From Eledone cirrhosa (taxonomy: Eukaryota): 64,000 bases of DNA. How positions within the stretch are numbered: the first letter of the stretch is position 1; every line of letters begins with the position of its first letter. Positions 23,301 through 37,928 of the stretch are shown here, in pieces. The translations under genes and the position numbers were made by a program. The stretch is from positions 33,852,001 through 33,916,000 of the forward strand of contig OZ024754.1 of the NCBI GenBank assembly GCA_964016885.1, in the 5' to 3' direction. The notes below the pieces were generated by a model that searched no databases, was not told the DNA's origin, and was given only the letters and a program-made list of their open reading frames with translations.

Positions 23301-26300
23301 TACTTTGGTCTGATCTGACAATCAGATGTCCAGGAGATAGTATCAGCCATAGAAAGACTCATAGAAACATTGTTACTTTGGTCTGATCTGACAATCAGAT
23401 GTCCAGGAGATAGTATCAGCCATAGAAAGACCCATAGAAACATTGTTACTTTGGTCTGATCTGACAATCAGATGTCTAGGAGATAGCATCAGCCATAGAA
23501 AGACCCATAGAAACATTGTTACTTTGGTCTGATCTGACAATCAGATGTCCAGGAGATAGTATCAGCCATAGAAAGACCCATAGAAACATTGTTACTTTGG
23601 TCTGATCTGACAATCAGATGTCCAGGAGATAGTATCAGCCATAGAAAGACCAATAGAAACATTGTTACTTTGGTCTGATCTGACAATCAGATGTCCAGGA
23701 GATAGTATCAGCCATAGAAAGACCCATAGAAACATTGTTACTTTGGTCTGATCTGACAATCAGATGTCCAGGAGATAGTATCAGCCATAGAAAGACCCAT
23801 AGAAACATTGTTACTTTGGTCTGATCTGACAATCAGATGTCCAGGAGATAGTATCAGCCATAGAAAGACCCATAGAAACATTGTTACTTTGGTCTGATCT
23901 GACAATCAGATGTCCAGGAGATAGCATCAGCCATAGAAAGACCAATAGAAACATTGTTACTTTGGTCTGATCTGACAATCAGATGTCCAGGAGATAGCAT
24001 CAGCCATAGAAAGACCCATAGAAACATTGTTACTTTGGTCTGATCTGACAATCAGATGTCCAGGAGATAGTATCAGCCATAGAAAGACCCATAGAAACAT
24101 TGTTACTTTGGTCTGATCTGACAATCAGATGTCCAGGAGATAGTATCAGCCATAGAAAGACCCATAGAAACATTGTTACTTTGGTCTGATCTGACAATCA
24201 GATGTCCAGGAGATAGTATCAGCCATAGAAAGACCCATAGAAACATTGTTACTTTGGTCTGATCTGACAATCAGATGTCCAGGAGATAGCATCAGCCATA
24301 GAAAGACCAATAGAAACATTGTTACTTTGGTCTGATCTGACAATCAGATGTCCAGGAGATAGCATCAGCCATAGAAAGACCCATAGAAACATTGTTACTT
24401 TGGTCTGATCTGACAATCAGATGTCCAGGAGATAGCATCAGCCATAGAAAGACTCATAGAAACATTGTTACTTTGGTCTGATCTGACAATCAGATGTCCA
24501 GGAGATAGCATCAGCCATAGAAAGACCCATAGAAACATTGTTACTTTGGTCTGATCTGACAATCAGATGTCCAGGAGATAGTATCAGCCATAGAAAGACT
24601 CATAGAAACATTGTTACTTTGGTCTGATCTGACAATCAGATGTCCAGGAGATAGTATCAGCCATAGAAAGACCCATAGAAACATTGTTACTTTGGTCTGA
24701 TCTGACAATCAGATGTCTAGGAGATAGCATCAGCCATAGAAAGACCCATAGAAACATTGTTACTTTGGTCTGATCTGACAATCAGATGTCCAGGAGATAG
24801 TATCAGCCATAGAAAGACCCATAGAAACATTGTTACTTTGGTCTGATCTGACAATCAGATGTCCAGGAGATAGTATCAGCCATAGAAAGACCAATAGAAA
24901 CATTGTTACTTTGGTCTGATCTGACAATCAGATGTCCAGGAGATAGTATCAGCCATAGAAAGACCCATAGAAACATTGTTACTTTGGTCTGATCTGACAA
25001 TCAGATGTCCAGGAGATAGTATCAGCCATAGAAAGACCAATAGAAACATTGTTACTTTGGTCTGATCTGACAATCAGATGTCCAGGAGATAGTATCAGCC
25101 ATAGAAAGACCCATAGAAACATTGTTACTTTGGTCTGATCTGACAATCAGATGTCCAGGAGATAGTATCAGCCATAGAAAGACCCATAGAAACATTGTTA
25201 CTTTGGTCTGATCTGACAATCAGATGTCCAGGAGATAGTATCAGCCATAGAAAGACCCATAGAAACATTGTTACTTTGGTCTGATCTGACAATCAGATGT
25301 CCAGGAGATAGTATCAGCCATAGAAAGACCAATAGAAACATTGTTACTTTGGTCTGATCTGACAATCAGATGTCCAGGAGATAGCATCAGCCATAGAAAG
25401 ACCAATAGAAACATTGTTACTTTGGTCTGATCTGACAATCAGATGTCCAGGAGATAGCATCAGCCATAGAAAGACCCATAGAAACATTGTTACTTTGGTC
25501 TGATCTGACAATCAGATTTCCAGGAGATAGCATCAGCCATAGAAAGACCCATAGAAACATTGTTACTTTGGTCTGATCTGACAATCAGATCTCCAGGAGA
25601 TAGTATCAGCCATAGAAAGACCCATAGAAACATTGTTACTTTGGTCTGATCTGACAATCAGATGTCCAGGAGATAGCATCAGCCATAGAAAGACCCATAG
25701 AAACATTGTTACTTTGGTCTGATCTGACAATCAGATGTCCAGGAGATAGTATCAGCCATAGAAAGACCCATAGAAACATTGTTACTTTGGTCTGATCTGA
25801 CAATCAGATGTCCAGGAGATAGCATCAGCCATAGAAAGACCCATAGAAACATTGTTACTTTGGTCTGATCTGACAATCAGATGTCCAGGAGATAGTATCA
25901 GCCATAGAAAGACCCATAGAAACATTGTTACTTTGGTCTGATCTGACAATCAGATGTCCAGGAGATAGCATCAGCCATAGAAAGACCCATAGAAACATTG
26001 TTACTTTGGTCTGATCTGACAATCAGATGTCCAGGAGATAGTATCAGCCATAGAAAGACCAATAGAAACATTGTTACTTTGGTCTGATCTGACAATCAGA
26101 TGTCCAGGAGATAGCATCAGCCATAGAAAGACCCATAGAAACATTGTTACTTTGGTCTGATCTGACAATCAGATGTCCAGGAGATAGTATCAGCCATAGA
26201 AAGACCCATAGAAACATTGTTACTTTGGTCTGATCTGACAATCAGATGTCCAGGAGATAGCATCAGCCATAGAAAGACCCATAGAAACATTGTTACTTTG

Positions 26301-29300
26301 GTCTGATCTGACAATCAGATGTCCAGGAGATAGTATCAGCCATAGAAAGACCCATAGAAACATTGTTACTTTGGTCTGATCTGACAATCAGATGTCCAGG
26401 AGATAGTATCAGCCATAGAAAGACCCATAGAAACATTGTTACTTTGGTCTGATCTGACAATCAGATGTCCAGGAGATAGCATCAGCCATAGAAAGACCCA
26501 TAGAAACATTGTTACTTTGGTCTGATCTGACAATCAGATGTCCAGGAGATAGTATCAGCCATAGAAAGACCCATAGAAACATTGTTACTTTGGTCTGATC
26601 TGACAATCAGATGTCCAGGAGATAGCATCAGCCATAGAAAGACCCATAGAAACATTGTTACTTTGGTCTGATCTGACAATCAGATGTCCAGGAGATAGTA
26701 TCAGCCATAGAAAGACCAATAGAAACATTGTTACTTTGGTCTGATCTGACAATCAGATGTCCAGGAGATAGCATCAGCCATAGAAAGACCCATAGAAACA
26801 TTGTTACTTTGGTCTGATCTGACAATCAGATGTCCAGGAGATAGTATCAGCCATAGAAAGACCCATAGAAACATTGTTACTTTGGTCTGATCTGACAATC
26901 AGATGTCCAGGAGATAGTATCAGCCATAGAAAGACCCATAGAAACATTGTTACTTTGGTCTGATCTGACAATCAGATGTCCAGGAGATAGTATCAGCCAT
27001 AGAAAGACCCATAGAAACATTGTTACTTTGGTCTGATCTGACAATCAGATGTCCAGGAGATAGTATCAGCCATAGAAAGACCAATAGAAACATTGTTACT
27101 TTGGTCTGATCTGACAATCAGATGTCCAGGAGATAGCATCAGCCATAGAAAGACTCATAGAAACATTGTTACTTTGGTCTGATCTGACAATCAGATGTCC
27201 AGGAGATAGTATCAGCCATAGAAAGACCCATAGAAACATTGTTACTTTGGTCTGATCTGACAATCAGATGTCCAGGAGATAGTATCAGCCATAGAAAGAC
27301 CCATAGAAACATTGTTACTTTGGTCTGATCTGACAATCAGATGTCCAGGAGATAGCATCAGCCATAGAAAGACCCATAGAAACATTGTTACTTTGGTCTG
27401 ATCTGACAATCAGATGTCCAGGAGATAGCATCAGCCATAGAAAGACCCATAGAAACATTGTTACTTTGGTCTGATCTGACAATCAGATGTCCAGGAGATA
27501 GTATCAGCCATAGAAAGACCCATAGAAACATTGTTACTTTGGTCTGATCTGACAATCAGATGTCCAGGAGATAGTATCAGCCATAGAAAGACCCATAGAA
27601 ACATTGTTACTTTGGTCTGATCTGACAATCAGATGTCCAGGAGATAGCATCAGCCATAGAAAGACCCATAGAAACATTGTTACTTTGGTCTGATCTGACA
27701 ATCAGATGTCCAGGAGATAGTATCAGCCATAGAAAGACCCATAGAAACATTGTTACTTTGGTCTGATCTGACAATCAGATGTCCAGGAGATAGTATCAGC
27801 CATAGAAAGACTCATAGAAACATTGTTACTTTGGTCTGATCTGACAATCAGATGTCCAGGAGATAGTATCAGCCATAGAAAGACCCATAGAAACATTGTT
27901 ACTTTGGTCTGATCTGACAATCAGATGTCCAGGAGATAGCATCAGCCATAGAAAGACTCATAGAAACATTGTTACTTTGGTCTGATCTGACAATCAGATG
28001 TCCAGGAGATAGCATCAGCCATAGAAAGACTCATAGAAACATTGTTACTTTGGTCTGATCTGACAATCAGATGTCCAGGAGATAGTATCAGCCATAGAAA
28101 GACTCATAGAAACATTGTTACTTTGGTCTGATCTGACAATCAGATGTCCAGGAGATAGTATCAGCCATAGAAAGACCCATAGAAACATTGTTACTTTGGT
28201 CTGATCTGACAATCAGATGTCCAGGAGATAGTATCAGCCATAGAAAGACCCATAGAAACATTGTTACTTTGGTCTGATCTGACAATCAGATGTCCAGGAG
28301 ATAGTATCAGCCATAGAAAGACCAATAGAAACATTGTTACTTTGGTCTGATCTGACAATCAGATGTCCAGGAGATAGTATCAGCCATAGAAAGACCCATA
28401 GAAACATTGTTACTTTGGTCTGATCTGACAATCAGATGTCCAGGAGATAGTATCAGCCATAGAAAGACCCATAGAAACATTGTTACTTTGGTCTGATCTG
28501 ACAATCAGATGTCCAGGAGATAGTATCAGCCATAGAAAGACCCATAGAAACATTGTTACTTTGGTCTGATCTGACAATCAGATGTCCAGGAGATAGTATC
28601 AGCCATAGAAAGACCAATAGAAACATTGTTACTTTGGTCTGATCTGACAATCAGATGTCCAGGAGATAGCATCAGCCATAGAAAGACCAATAGAAACATT
28701 GTTACTTTGGTCTGATCTGACAATCAGATGTCCAGGAGATAGCATCAGCCATAGAAAGACCCATAGAAACATTGTTACTTTGGTCTGATCTGACAATCAG
28801 ATTTCCAGGAGATAGCATCAGCCATAGAAAGACCCATAGAAACATTGTTACTTTGGTCTGATCTGACAATCAGATCTCCAGGAGATAGTATCAGCCATAG
28901 AAAGACCCATAGAAACATTGTTACTTTGGTCTGATCTGACAATCAGATGTCCAGGAGATAGCATCAGCCATAGAAAGACCCATAGAAACATTGTTACTTT
29001 GGTCTGATCTGACAATCAGATGTCCAGGAGATAGTATCAGCCATAGAAAGACCCATAGAAACATTGTTACTTTGGTCTGATCTGACAATCAGATGTCCAG
29101 GAGATAGCATCAGCCATAGAAAGACCCATAGAAACATTGTTACTTTGGTCTGATCTGACAATCAGATGTCCAGGAGATAGTATCAGCCATAGAAAGACCC
29201 ATAGAAACATTGTTACTTTGGTCTGATCTGACAATCAGATGTCCAGGAGATAGTATCAGCCATAGAAAGACCCATAGAAACATTGTTACTTTGGTCTGAT

Positions 29301-32275
29301 CTGACAATCAGATGTCCAGGAGATAGTATCAGCCATAGAAAGACTAATAGAAACATTGTTACTTTGGTCTGATCTGACAATCAGATGTCCAGGAGATAGC
29401 ATCAGCCATAGAAAGACTCATAGAAACATTGTTACTTTGGTCTGATCTGACAATCAGATGTCCAGGAGATAGTATCAGCCATAGAAAGACCCATAGAAAC
29501 ATTGTTACTTTGGTCTGATCTGACAATCAGATGTCCAGGAGATAGTATCAGCCATAGAAAGACCCATAGAAACATTGTTACTTTGGTCTGATCTGACAAT
29601 CAGATGTCCAGGAGATAGCATCAGCCATAGAAAGACCCATAGAAACATTGTTACTTTGGTCTGATCTGACAATCAGATGTCCAGGAGATAGCATCAGCCA
29701 TAGAAAGACCCATAGAAACATTGTTACTTTGGTCTGATCTGACAATCAGATGTCCAGGAGATAGTATCAGCCATAGAAAGACCCATAGAAACATTGTTAC
29801 TTTGGTCTGATCTGACAATCAGATGTCCAGGAGATAGTATCAGCCATAGAAAGACCCATAGAAACATTGTTACTTTGGTCTGATCTGACAATCAGATGTC
29901 CAGGAGATAGCATCAGCCATAGAAAGACCCATAGAAACATTGTTACTTTGGTCTGATCTGACAATCAGATGTCCAGGAGATAGTATCAGCCATAGAAAGA
30001 CTCATAGAAACATTGTTACTTTGGTCTGATCTGACAATCAGATGTCCAGGAGATAGTATCAGCCATAGAAAGACCCATAGAAACATTGTTACTTTGGTCT
30101 GATCTGACAATCAGATGTCCAGGAGATAGCATCAGCCATAGAAAGACTCATAGAAACATTGTTACTTTGGTCTGATCTGACAATCAGATGTCCAGGAGAT
30201 AGCATCAGCCATAGAAAGACTCATAGAAACATTGTTACTTTGGTCTGATCTGACAATCAGATGTCCAGGAGATAGTATCAGCCATAGAAAGACTCATAGA
30301 AACATTGTTACTTTGGTCTGATCTGACAATCAGATGTCCAGGAGATAGTATCAGCCATAGAAAGACCCATAGAAACATTGTTACTTTGGTCTGATCTGAC
30401 AATCAGATGTCCAGGAGATAGTATCAGCCATAGAAAGACTCATAGAAACATTGTTACTTTGGTCTGATCTGACAATCAGATGTCCAGGAGATAGCATCAG
30501 CCATAGAAAGACTCATAGAAACATTGTTACTTTGGTCTGATCTGACAATCAGATGTCCAGGAGATAGTATCAGCCATAGAAAGACCCATAGAAACATTGT
30601 TACTTTGGTCTGATCTGACAATCAGATGTCCAGGAGATAGTATCAGCCATAGAAAGACTCATAGAAACATTGTTACTTTGGTCTGATCTGACAATCAGAT
30701 GTCCAGGAGATAGCATCAGCCATAGAAAGACTCATAGAAACATTGTTACTTTGGTCTGATCTGACAATCAGATGTCCAGGAGATAGTATCAGCCATAGAA
30801 AGACCCATAGAAACATTGTTACTTTGGTCTGATCTGACAATCAGATGTCCAGGAGATAGTATCAGCCATAGAAAGACTCATAGAAACATTGTTACTTTGG
30901 TCTGATCTGACAATCAGATGTCCAGGAGATAGTATCAGCCATAGAAAGACCCATAGAAACATTGTTACTTTGGTCTGATCTGACAATCAGATGTCTAGGA
31001 GATAGCATCAGCCATAGAAAGACCAATAGAAACATTGTTACTTTGGTCTGATCTGACAATCAGATGTCCAGCAGATAGCATCAGCCATAGAAAGACCCAT
31101 AGAAACATTGTTACTTTGGTCTGATCTGACAATCAGATGTCCAGGAGATAGCATCAGCCATAGAAAGACCAATAGAAACATTGTTACTTTGGTCTGATCT
31201 GACAATCAGATGTCCAGGAGATAGTATCAGCCATAGAAAGACCAATAGAAACATTGTTACTTTGGTCTGATCTGACAATCAGATGTCCAGGAGATAGTAT
31301 CAGCCATAGAAAGACCCATAGAAACATTGTTACTTTGGTCTGATCTGACAATCAGATGTCCAGGAGATAGCATCAGCCATAGAAAGACCAATAGAAACAT
31401 TGTTACTTTGGTCTGATCTGACAATCAGATGTCCAGGAGATAGCATCAGCCATAGAAAGACCCATAGAAACATTGTTACTTTGGTCTGATCTGACAATCA
31501 GATGTCCAGGAGATAGCATCAGCCATAGAAAGACCCATAGAAACATTGTTACTTTGGTCTGATCTGACAATCAGATGTCCAGGAGATAGTATCAGCCATA
31601 GAAAGACCCATAGAAACATTGTTACTTTGGTCTGATCTGACAATCAGATGTCCAGGAGATAGCATCAGCCATAGAAAGACCCATAGAAACATTGTTACTT
31701 TGGTCTGATCTGACAATCAGATGTCCAGGAGATAGCATCAGCCATAGAAAGACCCATAGAAACATTGTTACTTTGGTCTGATCTGACAATCAGATGTCCA
31801 GGAGATAGTATCAGCCATAGAAAGACCCATAGAAACATTGTTACTTTGGTCTGATCTGACAATCAGATGTCCAGGAGATAGTATCAGCCATAGAAAGACC
31901 CATAGAAACATTGTTACTTTGGTCTGATCTGACAATCAGATGTCCAGGAGATAGTATCAGCCATAGAAAGACCCATAGAAACATTGTTACTTTGGTCTGA
32001 TCTGACAATCAGATGTCCAGGAGATAGTATCAGCCATAGAAAGACTCATAGAAACATTGTTACTTTGGTCTGATCTCACAATCAGATGTCCAGGAGATAG
32101 TATCAGCCATAGAAAGACCAATAGAAACATTGTTACTTTGGTCTGATCTGACAATCAGATTTCCAGGAGATAGTATCAGCCATAGAAAGACCCATAGAAA
32201 CATTGTTACTTTGGTCTGATCTGACAATCAGATTTCCAGGAGATAGTATCAGCCATAGAAAGACCAATAGAAACA
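20337..32275. repeat. 73-bp satellite array (~163 copies, 11.9 kb) filling PPP2R3C intron 5
   Basis: Unit CCAGGAGATAGTATCAGCCATAGAAAGACCCATAGAAACATTGTTACTTTGGTCTGATCTGACAATCAGATGT; no indels seen, variation at about five positions. Confidence 0.98.
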
Positions 32276-32368
32276 GCTCTTTTCCTTTCTTTGTTGTACT
32301 ATCTCCAATTAATCATCACATAAAACTGAAGTAAAAAGTATTGTTTTGTTGTTTTTTTTACATTTTAG

Positions 32369-32537
32369 ATCTTTCTTCACTGCAACTATCTTTGGAAAAC
32401 TTTACCAGAATGAACATTACGGAAGAATCCCTATTATGCAGTTTTTTAATTATGTGATGCGAAAAGTTTGGTTACATCAAACTAGAATTGGACTATCTTT
32501 ATATGATGTTACTGGTCTTGGTTACTTGAAAGAACCA
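32369..32537 (+). CDS. PPP2R3C: PPP2R3C exon 6
   Basis: SFFTATIFGKL..YGRIPIMQFFNYVMRKVWLHQTRIGLSLYDVTGLGYLKEP, highly conserved. Confidence 0.96.
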
Positions 32538-32589
32538 GTAAGCAATCTTCTTTGAATTTGTATATCATTATCTTTATCATCACTCTTTA

Positions 32590-32800
32590 GGGCGGTGAAT
32601 TGGCAGTGTCAGTAGAACATCAGACAACATGCTTTATGGCATAGAGTTACAGCCCTTTACATTCTGATTTCAAATTCCACCGAGGTTAGCTTTGCCTTTC
32701 ATCCTTACAGGGTCGATAAAATAAAGTACCAGTAATGCACTGGGGGTCAATTTAATTGACTTTCCCCTCTCCCAAAATTGTTGACCTTGTGCTTAAAGTT
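32590..32800 (+). mobile_element. SINE family A copy
   Basis: GGCGGTGAATTGGCAG head and CCTTTCATCCTTAC..GTCGATAAAATAAAGTACCAG core. Confidence 0.8.
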
Positions 32801-32848
32801 ATGCTCCGAACACCAGTATTTATTTTATCATTTATATTTTTCTTGTAG

Positions 32849-32893
32849 GATTTAGAAAATTATATTCTAGAACTCATCCCAACCTTACCACGA
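32849..32893 (+). CDS. PPP2R3C: PPP2R3C exon 7
   Basis: DLENYILELIPTLPR. Confidence 0.94.
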
Positions 32894-34508
32894 GTAAGTT
32901 ATTCTTTAATATTTAATGCATGATTTATTTATTTCATAACTTTACATGGTTCATTTGCATTAATACGATTCAGGAATTAATTAGTTTTATTTTACAATGG
33001 AGTTCATCTTTTTTGGAATCATAGCTATCAAGTAGCTTTCAGCCACCCAACTTCTGTAACTAAAAGGATGTTTACTTCATTGCACCATTCTTTTCCATAT
33101 AACACAAGGAAGGATGTCAAGTTAAACAAAAAATCATGGAACAATCTAGGTATGTTTTCTCAATAAAACATATAAATATTCCATACAACAAAATGGATGA
33201 AAATGAAATGTTCACTGCAAAACTCAGCACAATTGAAGAAGGCCTGTGGAATAAATTCTCACAAATTTTCAGTTTATCTATTAGTAAAGACACTATAAAC
33301 ATTTGAATTAACAAACTCGTTTTTAGATAGTTTTTTGTTAAGAGTTTTAAAAAATTGTTAAACAAGTAAACATTGCAGAAAGAAAATTTTGTGTTTTCTA
33401 TTGTCACTATTTTAGTCAATTCATTTTATATTATTTCATTCTAATTGATATGAAATAATTTTTTTGTGTGAAGCAGAAAACAATCAGAAATTAACACAAA
33501 AAACAACAGAATTTTATCTTAATGCTATAACTACAACACAAGAACAAGTTGCATTGTAAGGTCATTTTCCCTGCTAAAACAGAGGTTAAGCCTTCTGAGG
33601 TCCCATGATAGGCTCTATAATCATCATGGGTCTTTTTTAAGGTCATGTTTTACAGCCAGATGCTCCAACTGAATTACTGAAATATTTTTGTTTCTTAAAG
33701 AATTCCCAGCTCCATACTTGGATAATTAAAGGAGGGTATAGGGTAAGTGGTTGATTCAGATGACCATCATCCCCTTTCTTTATGACCAAACATCCTGTTT
33801 TCCCCCCCCCAAACTATTATTTCATTCTCTTCTTTAGAACCTTTATAACAATTCTTCTAAAAAGAAAAAAAAAACAATTTTGATGACCAACCAACTTTCT
33901 TAGTTCTGTGATACAAAGCCTACCATTTTAAAGTGTTCATATTTAACAGTCTACGACAACATCGAGGGTTCTTTTAAGGTTTTCCCACTGACCAATCATT
34001 GCCTAGGCCCTAAACACCCCAGAAATAGGTGGAGCTTGCCACAAAGTTCATATTCTGACTAATTTTTTGCCTTTAGTTTTAGGCATATCATGCAACATCA
34101 GAGAGTGTGTTAAATTTCTTTAACAAGTTTCCTTAGTACCTTCGATGCTGTCGGGGACTAAATTAAAATCTGGTAGTGTAATTTTTAAGTTTCTAAAATG
34201 AATTTATCTTTGGAATACCACAATATTTGATCAAGCAAAGTTCTTAATAAATTGTTAAGTTGTAGTTTTTGATATTATGAGTATATATAGATATAACTGG
34301 GGAAATCATAAAAGGCAATATTTGGGTCCTGAAGAATTAAAGCCATTGTTAAATAAGCAATCTACAAAATACATATGTTGTTTATTTTATGTTAGAAATA
34401 TTTGTGTAGCATGTGACCTTGTGTTTAAAATTTTAATTGAAAAATTAGAAAAAAACATTAAATAAAAAATTCTTCTCCCTGTTAAAAAGGTTTGACAATA
34501 TTACATAA

Positions 34509-35129
34509 TCTATATATATATATATAAAACTGAGAATGTCTGTGTGTGTGTGTGTCTGAGTTTGAATCCCTAAAACTCGAGAAGTACCCAACCGATTTTT
34601 TTTCAAACTTTACATGTGTATTACTTATGGTTCGACTTTTTGATCCCCTAGGGCCCGCATTAGGTGAAAAACTGCGTTTTTAAAGATTTTTAGGGGTTTT
34701 TTGAGGCGTTACGTCAGACCAATTTCCTGGAAATTGTAACTATGTATTAGTCAGTCTCTTCTTCATACCGTGAACAAAGAAAATCCAACTTTTTTATGGC
34801 CTAGGGCCCGCATTAGGTGAAAAACTTCATTTTTTTAGCTTTTTAGGGCTCTTTTGAGGCGTTACGTCTAGCCGATTTTGCCAAAATTTCAAGGCATATT
34901 ATGCACATAAAAAAAATTCATTTTCTTGATCCCTAGGGCCCGCATTAGGTGAAAACCTGCATTTTTCCTGCTTCATCGAGGAAAATCTTAAAGATTATCC
35001 AGCCATAAGAGTATTCGGTTTATTTTCTTTACATATTGTCCAGGCATGCAATTTTTCCACGATTAGGTCTGTTGGTGGCCCGACATTCCAAAATACCTTA
35101 TCCCGTGCAACGCTGGGTACCACTGCTAG
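34509..35129 (+). mobile_element. Non-autonomous Helitron
   Basis: A|TC 5' end, subterminal hairpin CCCGTGCAACGCTGGG, CTAG|T 3' end; three internal repeats CCTAGGGCCCGCATTAGGTGAAAA (~34646, 34800, 34932). Confidence 0.8.
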
Positions 35130-35954
35130 TTTATCATAAAACTGCATTAGCAAGACAATCTTGTAAAGTACAAAATAGTGCTATGACTGCAGCAAATTAA
35201 AAATTATAGTCTTTACCTTATAATACCGCAAATTTTCACCATGTTCTGTCCAGTAGTAAAGATATTATAAACATTCAAATTAACACCCATATGAAACTGC
35301 ATTAGCAAGACATGACTGCATCACATTAAAAATCAAAGTTTTTTTCTCTAATACAATTTGTCTACTAGTAAAACTGTAAATATGTATATATTCTTATATA
35401 AAGGTATAATTTTTCAACTCATTCAGAATTTTAAGCTGACCTATTAAAGCAAAATAAACTTAGTCAATTATTAATGTCCTGTACCACATGAATCCACATT
35501 AGCAAAGCATTATTAAAAACTACAAAACAGCACTATGACAGTATTACATTAAAACATTTTTACATTAAAGGCTTTATTTCAATTTACTACAAATTTTCAC
35601 AACTGTAAACATTTTGATTACTAAACAAGATGTTAAGTATTTACTTATTTAATTAAAAAAAACCTTTTCTACTTGTCTTTACACTCAGTTTTCTAGCTTC
35701 TATTCTTCAAACTTTATTTCCTGTTTAACAGTCTACCTTAACCAATATTTCTTATGTTTATATCTTGGCTTGTTTATTAACAACTATATAAGAAATAAGA
35801 GAGTGAACTGGTAGAGTTGTTAGAACACCAGATAGAGTGCTTTGCAGCTTTCTACTCTCTGAGGTCAACTTTGCCTTTTATCCATTCAAGGTCAATAAAA
35901 AAAGTACCAGTTAAGTCCTGGGGTCGACTCTTCCTAAATATCTCTTCCACACTT

Positions 35955-35985
<31 letters not shown>

Positions 35986-36573
35986 TCTGGAAGAAATCTG
36001 CTGTATTCAGACCTGGAGAGGTTTGGGCTCCTCCAGGTTTAAAAAAAGAACCCTAGAAATGCTGTATGTCAATACGACTCCCACAAGAGTTACAGGACCA
36101 TGCATATATATAAGAAAATAACCTCCCATCTCTAATCAACTTTTTATAATTCTCAGATTATCTGGTGTAACAAGAATGCTGATATTGTATATTGTTTTGT
36201 TTTTTTTACTATTATATATTAAGTCATGCTGCCTAGTGGTTAGGGTATTGGACTAGTAAAACTGTAAATATGTATATATTCTTATATAAAGGTATAATTT
36301 TTCAACTCATTCAGAATTTTAAGCTGACCTATTAAAGCAAAATAAACTTACTAAATTATTAATGTCTTGTACCACATGAATCCACATTAGTAAACCATTA
36401 TTGAAAACCACAAAACAGTACTATGACGACATTACATTAAAAAAAAATTTGTATTAAAAGCCTGACTTTAATTTATTACAAATTTTCATAACTATAAACA
36501 TCTTGATAACCAAACTTGTTTTTAGATATTTTCTGTTAAATCATTACAAGAAGTTAATTGATATATTTTTCAG

Positions 36574-36717
36574 TTGAATATCCTGGAAAGATCATTTTAT
36601 TCTTTCTATGTGTGTACAGCTGTCAGAAAATTCTTTTTCTTCCTTGATCCCATGAGAACTGGAAAGATAAAAATTCTGGATATCCTTGCCTGTGGTTTTC
36701 TCGATAATTTATTAGAG
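36574..36717 (+). CDS. PPP2R3C: PPP2R3C exon 8
   Basis: LNILERSFYSFYVCTAVRKFFFFLDPMRTGKIKILDILACGFLDNLLE. Confidence 0.96.
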
Positions 36718-36968
36718 GTAAGTTTCATTATATGGGCTAAGAGGCCCCTCCAGTGTGTCTAAGACATGATAGCCAGCCTGGTGTTGGGAATATGATGAAC
36801 ACAATACACTCTAATGTAGTTGATGATGGGAAAGGTATCCAGCCATAGAAAACTTGCCAAACAAAGGGTTGGAAAAACTGTAGCACTACCATAGACATGA
36901 CAAACCTCCAGTATATTCTTTTGTTTTCAAATATATAAGTAGAGCAAACATTTATTATTACTACACAT

Positions 36969-37300
36969 GGAGACACATGGCTGAGTGGTTAGAGCATTGG
37001 CCTTGCAATCGAAAGGTTGAGTTCAATTCTCAGACCGGGTGATGTGTTGTTTCCTTGAGCAAGACACTTTATTTCACATTGCTCCAGTTTACTCAGCTGT
37101 AGAAATGAGATGATAGGGACTGGGGTCCCTATCATTCCACTGCAAAGTGGTCGTGGAGGTGCCACGGCAAAAAAAAACACCCACCACTCACTAAAAATGA
37201 GGTTGGTGTTAGGAAGGGCATCCAGCTGTAGAAATCAAGCCAGAATCAGTTCCCATCGCACCCTTGCAAGCAGGGAAAAGCGGACGTAAAATGAAATGAA
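36969..37300 (+). mobile_element. tRNA-derived SINE (family B) with RTE-derived 3' tail
   Basis: Head TGGCTGAGTGGTTAGAGC..GAGTTCAATTCTC, core CCTTGAGCAAGACACTT, tail GGTGTTAGGAAGGGCATCCAGCTGTAGAAATC shared with RTE 3' UTR; second copy on minus at 61792-62155. Confidence 0.8.
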
Positions 37301-37928
37301 TTGATATGACTACCGATTAAAGTTTAAGCACAAAATTTCTACTTTCACCTTATGAGATCTTCTGAAGACCCTGCATTGAGTGAAAGCAGAAATTATTTGC
37401 TTAAACTTTAATCCGTACTAATAATAAGAATATATATATACACACACACACACATATGCATATATATAAGATGGCTGCAAACTCTGCTAAGAGTACTGCA
37501 ATTGCTTGCCAGGTTATAGAGTTTGGTGCACTTTTAGGCTATGGCCAGCCACATGAACCTATAACATATCCTGAACAAACAATGCCTGTGCTTTGAAGGT
37601 TTTTTAAGTGGGGAAAGGCCTTGCACTCGACCAATCCCACACTCTGAGCATCGAAAACACTATCCGAAAAAAAGTGGTCAACATCATCGGATGCTTCTGA
37701 AGCTGCAAGTTTTTTTCCAGAGTTTCCATCTCTTAGGTGTTGTGACAACAACATACATGCATACATACACTCAGATACACAACAGGATTCTGCAGTTTCC
37801 GTTTGCCGAATTCCACTTAATACCCTAGGCTGTGTAATAGGAGTGAACCCCAAAACACGTGATTGCAAAGCAAACTCCTTAACTATACATCCATACATGT
37901 ATTATTTTTTTCTGTTTTTTTTTTTCAG

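Noticed and set aside
20337-32275. CRISPR-like array
   Set aside because: No unique spacers, no cas genes, eukaryotic intron; it is a plain satellite. The same applies to 1-809.
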